DNA of 64,000 nucleotides from Cirrosporium novae-zelandiae (taxonomy: Eukaryota). The position numbers were made by a program, and so were the translations under genes. Shown piece after piece: positions 22,861 to 35,540 of the stretch. The DNA is taken from assembly GCA_026023565.1 (NCBI GenBank), contig JAPETS010000024.1:1-64000 (forward strand). The letters are read 5' to 3'. Within the stretch, counting starts at the first letter, position 1, and every line of letters starts with the position of its first letter. Under the pieces are notes generated by a model, which was not told the origin of the DNA, did no database searches, and was given only the letters and a program-made list of their open reading frames with translations.

Positions 22861-24142
22861 ATGGCAAGCATTTTCCTGTATGTGGACCTATGTGTATGTA
22901 AAATTGGCGTATAATAATATACTGACATGCTATGATGATGAATAAACAGGACCGGCGCAACGGGATTTATTGGCGGTGCCATTCTTCAGGCTATTTCTCA
23001 GGAGCTTGTTGAAAGGAAAGGGGAGGGGGGGAGGAATATGAATACCCTGGTTTGATGGTGGTGAAGGTGAAGGTATTGGTTCGCGATAACGAGAAGGCCG
23101 AGAAGCTGAAGGCTCTGTATCCATTTGTGATACCTATTATTGGGAGTTTGGATGATGTTGGGGTGATTGAGGCGGTGGCGGGGGAGGTGGGGGTTGTTGT
23201 TAGTGAGTATTTTTTTCTTTTTTCTTTCCTTTACTAAATGATTAATTAATTAGATGCCGCGGATTGTGATCATATTGGGGCCATATCAGCCATCATCCGA
23301 GGACTCAACAAGCATCCCGAGAATGCTTTTTTTATTCACACTTCTGGGGTGGCTTCGATTCTTGATAGCGCGGCGGGCGCGTTCATGGGCGAGAAGATCT
23401 GGGATGATGTGACGGATATTGAGGAACTTACGGCTCTGCCAGGGGGGACAATACATTATGAAAGTGACAAGGTAGGTTTGTGGTGACTCGAGTTATCTAT
23501 CTAGATGCTTTCACTAGAAAGTTTCGCCGTTGCTGATGATATATATTTTCTTATTAGCTCGTTCGCTCCGCTTGTTCGACGATTAAAGTTGCCATTGTTA
23601 GTCCTCCTGCTGCATACGGGGTTAGCCCGTCCCCATGGCATCCCACATGGCTTGCGCTGCCTTTGCTCTTGTCAGTCGCTCGAGGTTTGTCTTCTGGGTT
23701 TACTGTATCCATTGGAGCCAATATTACGTCATATGTTCATGTGAAAGATCTGGCACAGCTTTACGTCCGTCTCCTATCCTATGCCGTTGGATCAAACAAA
23801 GACAGGTCTCAAGTGGGGGACCTCGACGTTTGGGGTCCTCAAGCGTACTATCTTGCTTTCAGCGAAGAGGTTTCTTTCGCCGAGTCGATGGCTTCCCTGG
23901 TGCCTGTTCTAAAGCAAAAAGGTGTTATTCAAGATGAGAGTATAAAACAATTGAGTGCCGAGGATGTTGCTGGGTTGGATGGATCTGGAATGTTAGGGAT
24001 CGCGTTCGGAACGAATGAGAGAGTCAGAAGTACTCGCGCCAAAATCCTAGGATGGAAACCACAGCAGCCTGATGTTAGAAGTACGTGGGCGGAAGTTATT
24101 ACCAGGTACCTTGAAGAGGAGCAACGGCGGAAAATAGAATGA
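22861..24142 (+). CDS. NAD-dependent epimerase/dehydratase-like SDR; apparent 1-nt frameshift in G run ~23020-23031
   Basis: MASIFL|TGATGFIGG, NAADCDH, FIHTSG and YVHVKDLAQLY motifs; three canonical introns. Confidence 0.75.
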
Positions 24143-25052
24143 AAAGAAGGTTAGCCTAAATTGATGTTGAGGATATATTTAGGAGATGAGATAGGAGGTT
24201 TATAACCAAAGAATTTCTTTAATTTCCCCCTCATGCGGGTCTCAAAATAAGCAGCACTCATACCCAAAAGTAGAATTAGAAAAATGGTTATGGGGAGGCC
24301 TTCAAAATGAATATAAGTCCCGCTTATTTCAAGGCCGTCGTCAGAGACCGGTTTAAGTTGTTTGCTGTATGTGATGGACTGGTCTAAATTGTTTGTTGTG
24401 TTTTTGTTGTACGTCGAGGACCAGTCCAAGTCATCATTAAAGGCCGGTCACGTGATCCGTATGGCCTAAGGTGTCGTTTTAAGTAGGGGTCATAACAATA
24501 ACTCCTCTTCCTACTCCACGTCAACATCCATCATACCTTTATAGCAAATTGATATTTCCCCAAAAAGCTTCAAAACGTCCTCATCGGATTCACCCATGAA
24601 AAATGTATTATTGGCGTCTAAGATAGATGATTAGATAAACAGAGGTACCTTTTCCCCCCAAGATTCTCGGACGCCCCTTTTTCTAAAATCTTCATCACAT
24701 TTCTTTATCAATTTCAATTTCCCAAAAATTTCCAATTTAGTTTTTCATCCATCTCTCCATCTCGTTCCTTAAGATCCATCTAGGATGATAGCACAATGTG
24801 CTCTGAGAGACCGCTCTAAAGATTGAGTACTCGTGTAAAAGAGAAAGAAAAAGAAAAAATTAGAGACCGTTTTTTAAAAAGGAAAGTTGCTGTAACGACC
24901 GGATACGAATATAAGGCGAAAGCCTCCAATGCGTTGCTCTGTTCATGTAGGTATGCTGTGTCTCTCTGCTGTCGTTTATACCAGTTGGGTTTCTTGGTGT
25001 TATAATGTGCCTAGGCATTTTCATGTCAGAGAGATAGTCGAGTATCTCTCGT

Positions 25053-26286
25053 TCAAAGACCCAATGATAGAGCGGGTAGAGTGATGCTAGCGGCTGACGC
25101 TGATGGCAGTTGAATTGATATGCTAGGGAAAGAAAGGCTAGAGACGCCCACCGATAGGCTGGGTATTGATGTACTTAGACCCGAGAGAGTAGGAACGGGC
25201 ACGCTGAGTCCCGAGACGCTCAAGCCAGATATAGTAGGAATTGGTAAAGATACCAACACACTTAACCCAGAGATGCTGGGAAGGGAGACGCTGGGAAGGC
25301 TAACGCTTGGGAGTGACACCGGCAGTGTGGGGAGGAGCTGACCCATGCTCGGTGCAGGGCCTGCGACAGATCCAACTTGACAAAAGCCACGTGTAGGGTC
25401 CATAATGCAATCAGTCTAGAAGGAATTAGCAATCGTCGTCAAGAGAGGAGCGTCGAGGCATCAATCTTACGAGGTTGGCGGCACCCGTGCAACCGGTGCA
25501 GCATTCAGTTTGGACCTGGCTAAGCATAGACATCGTTGGGCACATATTAAGGCCTGAAGGGAAGAATAGCGATTCTCTTGCAATGGAGGAAATACCTACG
25601 GATCTGTTAACTAATTGTATTTTTCTTTCTTTTTTACCGTCGGGAGGTCTTCCAAACTGGAATAGCCCGGACAAACCGCAAGTCAGCGAAGGATCCTAAT
25701 ACTTACAGAAATTGAGCAGACCAAGACCAAGATCAAAGCCACCGACTGTGGCAGCACCAAGGGCCTGATCGGCGCTATAGCAGCAATATGGAACTGTGTT
25801 GGCGGGACAGGTGAACAGGGTGAATGGCGACACTGGACCAAGACTCGCTAGGCCCGCGAGCAGGCCTCCAGATGTACTTCCCATATTCGGAAGTGCACTG
25901 ATAGCAGGGATGGGGGCTGAACTTAAAACATCAGAGGTTGGATCAGGAAGACCAGAAGGATCAAGAGCATCAGGAGTAGTAGAAGGGTCAGAATTCAAGA
26001 GGTTAGAAACATTAGGAGTATCAAGAATATTTGGAGGAGTGGTATTCAAGGTATCAGAATCAGAATCAGAATCAGAATCAGAATCATCCTGACCAGGAAA
26101 AAGATCTGTGAGAGGAATCGGTGGAGAATTCAAATTTGGAAGAAAGAATGGCAAAAGATTATTAGGGAGCGCACCGGACAACTGAGGTTGAGCCTCTGGT
26201 TCTGCGTTACGATACCGGAAAATATTGGGCGCAGCCACGGCAAGGCTGGCCAGAAGCGACGTGGCAATGGGAAGTGAGACGATCAT
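25053..26286 (-). CDS. Secreted hydrophobin-like Cys-containing protein with low-complexity extensions
   Basis: Signal peptide, AEPEAQP pro-region, two C..CC motifs across four exons (three introns), Ser/Leu/Pro repeat tail. Confidence 0.65.
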
Positions 26287-27201
26287 CTTTGGTAGAGGAA
26301 CTTTTAGTCAAACGAATGAATAAATTGTTGTCGGTAGGCTGGATATATAAAAAAACGGCTCACGAGTTCTCAAAAGAAGGTGGTGGCCTCTGGGATACAG
26401 TATCTCGAACCAAGAATGACAGGCACCATGCTGGTTCTTATAAGAGGGCTCTGCCGGATGGAGTTGGTATGCAATCTGATACCAAGGCTGGTTGCTCTGC
26501 GGCTATGGTAAGTTCCTCCTTGGATTTAGGTTTAGTTCAATGTGCATGTCGCCAACCAACAGCTGAGAAATGTTGTACCTTGCATTTGACATGGTCTAGA
26601 AATTGCTATGAAAAATGTTGGAATGGCGTGAGCAATCTATAAATTCGATATCCATTCCAAAGACATTTGTCGATCAATAATATTGACATTCCTTAGGTAA
26701 AGCTCGTGGGGGAGGTCAATGGACAAGATGCAAGGACATCTAGGTTGATGAATAGATCAATCTCGAGAAATTGTACATGAAAGTATTCATTCTCTGTCTA
26801 GATGGAAAATAAGAAGCCCAAGTGCTAGACATAAACAAACTTTGACCACTCAAAATCATATCACAGAAGGGGAAATCTCAAGTCGAGATATTGACAAGCA
26901 ATTTATCCATTTATTTGCGTGTCTGCTAACATCCACGGGATTATATATAGCGCCTTAAGCCCAACTCCTGCTTTATAACCAAACTCCTAACCTGAAACAC
27001 CTTGTCATGTACACCGTCATCAGTCTTATGCCAATGCTTTATCAACATCCATGGGAATGCCAAGCAATACTCAGAACGCCACGCTAACATAATTAGAAAA
27101 GAAGAATGTGAACAATTTTTAGCCCTCTAGTAATAAACTGGACTTTTCAAGACTGGCTTATCATATGCTTCATCAATAAAAAAACCCATATCATGAATCC
27201 T

Positions 27202-28994
27202 TTAAACCCCCATATCTTCAGTCACAGAAATATGCACCACATCTTTTATTTCGGGATCATTTTGAGGAGCAACGCATGTCACGACAGATTTAACCGTAGC
27301 TGATTGATGCCTGTCGCGTTTCACCCATAGCAACTGAATAGCACCGACAATAGCAATGATACCACTCCCGTACCATGCAAGTCCGGTAAAGTCGATATTG
27401 GTTCCAATACCGTAAAGAAGCCCCGCAACAGGAGGAGCGATAGTTCGAGCAGCCGCTCCAGCGGAAGCAGCAAAGCCGTTGATAGCTCCAAGAACATGGT
27501 TTGATGGGCTTGCTTGCTTGATCAAAATTAGAAGAACCGGATATGCCAGGATGGAGAAGAAATTCCGAATAGTCAAGCAGGCGTATATACCGGTGTATAA
27601 CATATCCCCAGGCAAATATGCTAGGTAAGGAACGATGAAATAAGCGATGGGGTGAAGTATCGTCACCATCAGGAACACATGCCAGACTCCAAGTCGTTCA
27701 GCACAGAAGGGAAACACGATTGCCTGAATGAAGAGGGCGATAAGGCCATTAATGGACATGATGAAGCCAACGGTTTGGGTTGAAAGACCTAGGCCACCTG
27801 GAATATGGAAAAGATCAGGATATTTCCTAGTTAGGGCTGAAAGGTCATCCGCACGCTCATCCTGAAGGAAGATAGGTAAAAGATGATCGTACGTCATGGA
27901 ATGGTATGAGAAAATTCCAAGAGCTAGGACCAACATGACTACCTGTTTGGTGAAAACCTTTCCTTTCTCTTGGGAAGAGACCGAGGCAGGTCTGGAGGTG
28001 CCATCTAAATTGACATTCCATTGTTCTTCTTCGTGTATGTCGACGGAATTGAAAGTACCGTAAGAAGCACCGCGGAGATCGACTCCAGAATGTGCAGTGG
28101 ATCCAGCGGTGGCCATGAGAGCTTGCTCGGCCCCAGTAGTTTCCAGATCTTTTCTGGTGCTCCATGGTTGAAGATCCGGGTGAGTTTCTAACAAAAGGAA
28201 ATGCCCGACTACAATTGCAATGAGAAGCATAACAGCGCAAATGAGGTTTGGAAGGAGATATGGAAATCTGCCGAAAAGGCCATCAGGAGAAAAGAATCCT
28301 GGAAAAAACACTGCTGGTCTTACGAATGTTCCGCCAATGACGGGACCAATGATGGTTCTGGTTCAGGTCAGTACAAGCCAAAAAATATATTGGCATCCGA
28401 ATACTTACCCAATTGACCAAACGAATGGCATGACAGCATATGCTCGAGCTTAAAGAAACGTTAGTCGAGGAAAGGACAACAGTTTTAGAGAGGGGTCTTA
28501 CGCTCATGTTCGGGCCTTTTTACTAGCTCTCCAACCATCGTTTGGATGACCCCAATGTTGCCGTTGAGCAGTCCTCCAAGGGACCTACCCAAGAGGGCCA
28601 CCCAGAAGTTTCTAGCAAAACCAACAACTAACAGAGAAATTGTTGTCCCCACCATGCCTAGTAGGAGGATAGGTTTTCGCCCATAGCGATCGGATAATCC
28701 TCCCCAAGAGAGGCCGGTTAGTGCTTCGGAAAGGGCGAATGCGGAAATAAGAACACCGGCGTAGAAGGATGCGCTGGATCTGTCGCCGACTTCGAAGTCT
28801 TGGACCATCACCCAAGCATATGGGAAAATGGATGTGAGTGCGATAGGCTCCGCAACTCGACATATGGCTAAGTTGGAGTCAGTAAGAAGTGAAGAACTAA
28901 GCTAGAGGGGCAATATAATACCAAGAATAAAGAGTTGAGCGGCTGGAAAGCTGTCATCGTAACGTTGAGGTCTTGGGTGAAGTGTTAATGTCAT
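27202..28994 (-). CDS. MFS transporter (ZIFL/YCR023C-like)
   Basis: FPAAQLFIL, RVAEPIALTSIFPY, WGGLSDRYGRKPILL (motif A), GLLNGNIGVIQTMVGE; many TM segments; three introns. Confidence 0.92.
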
Positions 28995-31900
28995 CTCTCT
29001 TGAAACCGATATGACTCTTACGGCTGCCCGCCACCACTTTCACTAACACAAGCTACAGAGACTCGATCTTTAAAGAATAGAGCTCAGACTCGTGTCGAAA
29101 TAACTTAAACAAAGACACGAATTTCTCGTACGAATAAAGGATAGTAGGTAGGTATTTATGGGCGAAGGTTTTCTGGTGAATTGGTAGGGAGAGAAAAGAA
29201 GAAGCAGAAGTGGAAGTGGATGGTGGGTGGGAAGTCGTGGGAATTAAAAAGGATGTGGTTGTGCGCAGAGGGTAGAATGATTGATGGTAGTAGAGTATGA
29301 AGTAAACAGATGTATTATCAAATACATAGATTACGGGTCTGGTAAGTTTAAAAAGGTGTGAAGAGGTCCAAGAGCCCACATAATTCTAGTTGGATTGGTA
29401 AAGTGGGGTTCTGAACGAAACCATGACTGACTTAGTCGATGGAATTCAATTGGACCAGCTGACGTCTTATCTGGAGAAATTCGACTCAATTCCATCAGCC
29501 GGGTTCTGGATGAATCGATAGCTGTCTGCTTTGACTGTTCTTTTCATTACCTAGGTAGGTATTCCAATGTTTCACTTGTCAAATTTTGCATTATTACCGT
29601 TGGATCTGTGGAACAGTGCATGAATTTCTTCCGATCGCTCCTTGATGTAATATAGATCACCACATATAATCAGGGTATATCTTCCTGCAACAAGCGGCTC
29701 TCACCTCGAATCGAGATCTATTGCCACAAGGGTTTGAGTCTTGTGTATGGCAAATATTTTCTTCTAGCATATTCATCCATTGAACACCATTAAACACCCC
29801 CCCTCTCACTCTCTCCACATCTATCCACAGAGACTCGTATCTTAGCGGTGTGAGCATGGAAACGATCCTTCCGTATCCCTCGGCTGTGTGGATGAAAAAG
29901 TATACAGAAACGAGGACAGTTTCCTGTTCTGCTGGACTCAAGTTCCAACTAAAGGGACCCCCAGACCATCGGGTGATCAGAGTTAGCGTCCAGAGTAAGA
30001 GTAACTTTTCACACTGGCGGCGCTGTGCATTTGATCAAGCCATTTGAATTTTAGTCTTGGACTGTTTGGGAGAGTTTTAGGCCTTTCTACCCTTTCTACA
30101 CCAAAACCAGCTGCAGCTTACCGTATTGGAGACCCCGGAAATGCACGAGTTTTCTGTATTTTATGCCTCAACCGAGTTTAGCGACTTTCATCGTTCAAAG
30201 CGAAATTCTCGGATCTCGCCAGTCATTCGTCCTCTCTCAAAATCTCGAATCTATCCTCCAATCAAACCAGAATCATCCCAGAGTCGGCGTATGAAATCAA
30301 TTTTCATCTGAAAGTTAACCTGAACCTCCTCTAAATACTTTGCCAACCGACCCAAAAAAACAAAAAAAAAATCCAATTGCTTTTTGTTTTTACTACCGAA
30401 TGTCCGTCATCAACTCTGGGAGTATATAATGGCAATTTCAAATCCAGGAATCTTTTAGAATATCAGCTGGACATTTGTCTTTTGTCTCAGCTTTTTTCGT
30501 CGTTCGTTGACTGTTTTTTTGGTGCGACAGTACCAGGAAACATCCACCACCCCCGCATCCTGATCCACTCTCACCATTCACTGACTGCAGTGTGCTTCCG
30601 GAATTTCAGTGGACTGGACCATGTTACAATGACCAATAGTTTTGTATGGCTTGAGGTATGCTTATGCCTCAGTTACCATCAACACCCTTCGGCCGCACAT
30701 CATTAAACTGGAAAGAGTCAAAGATCTCTCTTATCTTAGCATCTGCCCCACTAGGAGCCCTAGCTCGGACTTCTTCCTCCAATCCCACCTTGACATCAGG
30801 AACAAATGGATTGCGTTGACCCTCCACATAGCAATGACCTGTGAGTAGTATATATATCAAAAACCAGAGTCCATGGTTCCTTTTCTTTTTCATCTCTTGT
30901 GCTAGCATTTTTTCATGCCGGATGAATCATTTTTAGGCGATTCTAACCACCGCAATAACCGGCAACTGGTAACTACAGCAGCTTTGTAGTCCATAATTCT
31001 TACCGCTTTCAATCGGTCAGACCATAAGAGGCCTCCTATCCTAAATATTTGATTAATACCCAATGTATGCTTTTGGGTCACCACTATCACAATGAGGAAT
31101 TATGACCCGTTGTTGCCATACTAGATCATTAATATTTGACTTTCTCTTAGACCTGGACATCTAGAATAGTAAAAATGTCAAACTCCGCAGTATTCACCAA
31201 TTTATATCAGGGAGTCCTTTCTGTAAGATGGAGTTGTAATCAAAACCAATCTGGACCCAGCTCGATTTTTGCATTTGCGAAGCTTGAAGAGGCCTCTAGG
31301 TTGAATGAGAACCAACTAATCTACCCGAGAGTTAAATACCAATGGTTTAGGCTTGTATTGTCAATTTCCAAGGTGGCAAAAAAACAAAAACACAAAAAAA
31401 CAGATGGCAGTTCGTCTCCACCGATAGGGTATAAAATGTATCATCATACTGAGCCACTTTCCATGATCAACAATGAACATACCACTTATAACTAGTTTAT
31501 CTATCTTGCTCACTCATTCTAGAATTGGGAATTGCACGGAGAATCTCATGTCAGACTTCAAAACATTACTTGCTGCTATCAATTTCCTTTAAAAGGCAAA
31601 CTTGCAAGCAAGTATATTATGCATCAATGGCTGACATTGATGATTATGGTAAGGGCATTCATTCTTGATCGCATACCTTCAGTCTACTGTAGAGTGAGTT
31701 GTTCCACATCGGTCGACAGCATCTGCTGTACTGTACTGTACTGTACAGTACATGTACTATGATAATTTCCACCACCACACAAAGGTGGCAATTTTCTTAT
31801 TTTCTTACAAAATACACAGCAGCAATTATTCTATTATTACAGGTGGGGGCATTAATTATATATACCTAGGTATATTTGAAATTTCTTTTCATTAGGATTG

Positions 31901-32801
31901 TTCATGACGATGTGCTACTGAGGGGAAATATAAAATACATGATCCCTTGATTTATACAGCTATTACAGTGAGTGAGTGCATAACGGCATACCGAAGTCCA
32001 CTGGGATTTTGTAGTTCTGTAGAGACATGAATCAATTGGTTGATTGTAGATTGTATTAATTATGGAAGTTCACGCATAGATGCACAAAATGCTACCTAAG
32101 CATAGCTTCCGTAGAAAGTACCTTCAGTGCTAGCCCTACCGGGTTGTTTTGTGACACGCCGGCATTAAGAAAGCTCCGTACGGCCGATGATGAGGACGAA
32201 GCCGATGAATGATGAAGATGGGGGCCGAATGCAGGAGGGAATTAGGTCATGCCGCGGCTGATAAGTATGCCGATAGCTGGCACCAAAATTGCGATATCTA
32301 TCAAATTCGTCGCTTAAAGCCAAAACGTGGTGCATTCTTTAGCTTTGTTTTGTCATCGCAATCATTTCTTCGTGTCCCAAGTAACCAGGCCAAGTCGATT
32401 TCCGATACTTCTTGCCGGATTTTGGCTTTTTGTACCTGCCTGGAACCATCCATGGATCAAGTGCCAGGCTCCCACAGGCCTGAATCGGCCTCCTATACCA
32501 TGGACTTTTTTCTTTTACATCATTGATTAAAAATCCATTCTTCCCTCCCTTCATCATTTAACAATCTTTTGTCAAGTCGCAACCCAATATATCTAATACG
32601 ATTCATCGTTATGGACATTCATTAAACCTTCACTTGGTAAGAGAGACACCTCAAGATGCGCGCTAGTGCTAATGGCATTATTTCTTTCTTTGTAGTCGCA
32701 TCACCATTCTCTAGCCGACCGTCCTTTGGTACAACTTCACTCTCAAACCCCTAGATTTCCTACCTACCTAGGTATCCTTAAGGTTATCGCAAATTTGCGA
32801 T

Positions 32802-34094
32802 ATGACCCGAACAGACCCTCCGCTTTCTTCCGTGTTGCCCCCGCTCATCTGCGGGACCGCAACCTTCAATTCACAATACAATCGCGATCCGTATGCGCTC
32901 CCGACTACAGGAATTGTTCATCAAGCGCTGTCACTAGGTGTTCGAGCCTTTGATACATCTCCTTACTATGGTCCAGCTGAAAACTTGCTTGGTCAAGCAC
33001 TAGACACACCATTTGTCAGAGATAATTTCCCGAGAGACGAATACTACCTTCTTACCAAAGTGGGTAGAATCTCATCCGAAGAATTTGACTACTCCCCAAG
33101 CTGGGTTCGTTATAGCGTGCAACGAAGCCTCCGTCGTCTGAAAACAGATTATCTTGACGTTGTGTATTGCCATGACGTCGAGTTTGTCTCCCCAGAAGAG
33201 GTCCTTGCTGCTATTGTCGAGCTTCGTCGGCTGCGAGATGATCTCGGTGTGATCAAATATGTGGGTATATCTGGGTATCCAGTTGATCGTCTTTGTGACC
33301 TGGCGGAACTTGTCTTGGAAAAGACAGGGGAACCGTTGGATGCCGTCATGTCTTACGCAAATTTCACATTGCAAAACAACCGGCTAAAATCCCATGGTAT
33401 CTCTCGCCTTCAAGCAGCTGGTGTCGATGTTGTCCCGAATGCTTCGCCTCTTGGAATGGGGTTGCTTAGACGAGGTGGTGTGCCTATTGGCAGTCAAGGC
33501 GACTTTCATCCAGCTGGTGATGGACTTCGGGCTGCTGTCCACAGAGCAAGCGAATGGACTGATGCACGTGGAGAGAAACTCGAGGTTGTTGCTATTCGCT
33601 ATGCACTTGAAACATGGATCTGCGAAGGTAGCTCCGTTGGCTCTAAAGGTGACCCAGCCTCCGGGGTCTCATGGCAACGAGAAACGATAGAAGATGTTGG
33701 CGGGAAGAAGCTTGGCGTCAATGTAATGGGGGTCAGCAACATTGAGGAATTGCATGAAACTATGAGAGTTTGGCGAAGCATTCTCGATGGTATGGAGGAT
33801 GGGAAGGAGACCGCGATCAAAGCTGGAAGAGCTGTTAGCGACCATAATTGGAGTTTGCAGAGAAAGAAGCAGATCCAAGATCTTACTGTTGGGGCCAGGA
33901 AAATTTTAGGCAAGTACGTTGATTTTGCCTGGGACAGCCCAGGGGGGGGTTTTGTGAATAAGAGGAAGAAGGACGACATAGGAAGACCTGTGAAGGAGTC
34001 ACTACTGGCAGGTGAATCATTTGCGGAACCCTTGGGTATCAGCGTGCGACCGGATGGGGCTGTGAAGGAGGCTCAGAAGAGCAGTCGACTATAA
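32802..34094 (+). CDS. Aldo-keto reductase, D-arabinose/L-galactose dehydrogenase-like (Ara2-like)
   Basis: AFDTSPYYGPAE, LTKVGR, LDVVYCHDVEF and VGISGYP motifs. Confidence 0.88.
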   Translation: MTRTDPPLSSVLPPLICGTATFNSQYNRDPYALPTTGIVHQALSLGVRAFDTSPYYGPAENLLGQALDTPFVRDNFPRDEYYLLTKVGRISSEEFDYSPSWVRYSVQRSLRRLKTDYLDVVYCHDVEFVSPEEVLAAIVELRRLRDDLGVIKYVGISGYPVDRLCDLAELVLEKTGEPLDAVMSYANFTLQNNRLKSHGISRLQAAGVDVVPNASPLGMGLLRRGGVPIGSQGDFHPAGDGLRAAVHRASEWTDARGEKLEVVAIRYALETWICEGSSVGSKGDPASGVSWQRETIEDVGGKKLGVNVMGVSNIEELHETMRVWRSILDGMEDGKETAIKAGRAVSDHNWSLQRKKQIQDLTVGARKILGKYVDFAWDSPGGGFVNKRKKDDIGRPVKESLLAGESFAEPLGISVRPDGAVKEAQKSSRL

Positions 34095-35540
34095 TATCTG
34101 ACCTCAAATGTGTTTCGTTAAGAATGGGCCAATTTTTAGGTTTAGTTCAGGAGGTTAGATTTATCTGTTACATAGAGAAAAGAGTAGAAGGGCTAAGGCA
34201 ACTAGGCTATTATGAGGACGAACTACACATGCGTAATCCACCAGTATCACCGGTAGAGGCTTGTTAAAGGATTAAAGGAGGGGAGATTTCTCTATGGACT
34301 AGTTTCATAGCGCAGTTCCTAGTAAGATGCACGGCGTGTAGGTACGGCGGCGAAATGATTAGTTCATTCATTATTAGCCCTAGTTATATTCCAATTGTAT
34401 ACATCTATGCTCGAGATAGGAATATGAATGGACAATCAGTCAAGAAGGGAAAAAAGAAGGTTAAATTTGGTCTTCGGTTTGGACCTGCATCTGGGTATCC
34501 GTCTTGGCTGCTCCTTTGGTTTCCGGGTAGTGAATGTTTCGACCCGAGGCCGTTGGCAAACCTGTGCAAGCGAAGGGAGGATTATTGAAGATCCGTGCCT
34601 CTTGTGTTCGGTTTCATAAAATGAGGAATTATGTCACTTACCCGAATACGAGTACGACATGCATAAATAATGAACATTGTTTCCAAGCTGATCTCACGGT
34701 TGGTCGTTGACCCGGTGAATTATGAGAAACTCTCGAGATTAAGATCTTATCAAGGAAAAAAACCCAATTGCTCTGTTCTCATTCATTACCACATTCAGCA
34801 ATTAGTATCCCCACTAATTACTTTTGTAGCATGCATCGTATTATCACCCTTACCCAGTCGTTGCCTTGTGTGCCGTCTGTGTGCTGTCTGTGCCTTGAGA
34901 GAGTATTTGACGCGTCTATTAACAAATCAGATATTTACTTGAAAATGCCATGTCGTCAGGATTAACCAAATCTTTGGGGTTATCCACTATTCCTGACTAG
35001 TAGGGATGGAAATATCTCCCTTATGCTAGACCGTTGCTATTTGGGACAACGCCACGCTAATTTCCATATGATGCTTGACATAACCAAGTAAGTGGCTTTA
35101 AATATCTATCCGCGCTGAACACATGGCGATGGCTGATGATTGGACCATTCGCATCAGATTCCTATCATATCCCTAGTCCGATCGGGCATAATTCCGGTTA
35201 TGCTAATTTTTTATGAAATGATAAAATGTTGACCACTCTCGGTTCGGTGCTAGGTCTCCCGGTCCGCTTTTTAGGGCTCCGTTGAAATATGTCCCAATGT
35301 CCCAAGACTTCCCGATCGGATACAAATCCACCAGACCTATCCGGCTTTCAGCCTATGGGGTTGATTAGCTCCCTGATGCTTGTAGACCATGAAGGAACAT
35401 AATACTTCATATATTAGCCATCCTTCCTTGATTCTTTTTTATTAAGCCTATGTTCCAACTACATTTCCCTTCTTTCTGGCTTATTATTCTTCTATCCCCC
35501 CAGACCTTGTCTGGTTTTTCATCTTGATTGAGCCCCGCTT

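Noticed and set aside
24151..24429. 92-aa ORF with one hydrophobic segment
   Set aside because: TTG start and no clean upstream exon; cannot be supported.
29050..32700. Genes or ncRNAs in the long MFS-AKR intergenic region
   Set aside because: Only short non-motif ORFs and a weak hairpin (~29438-29496).
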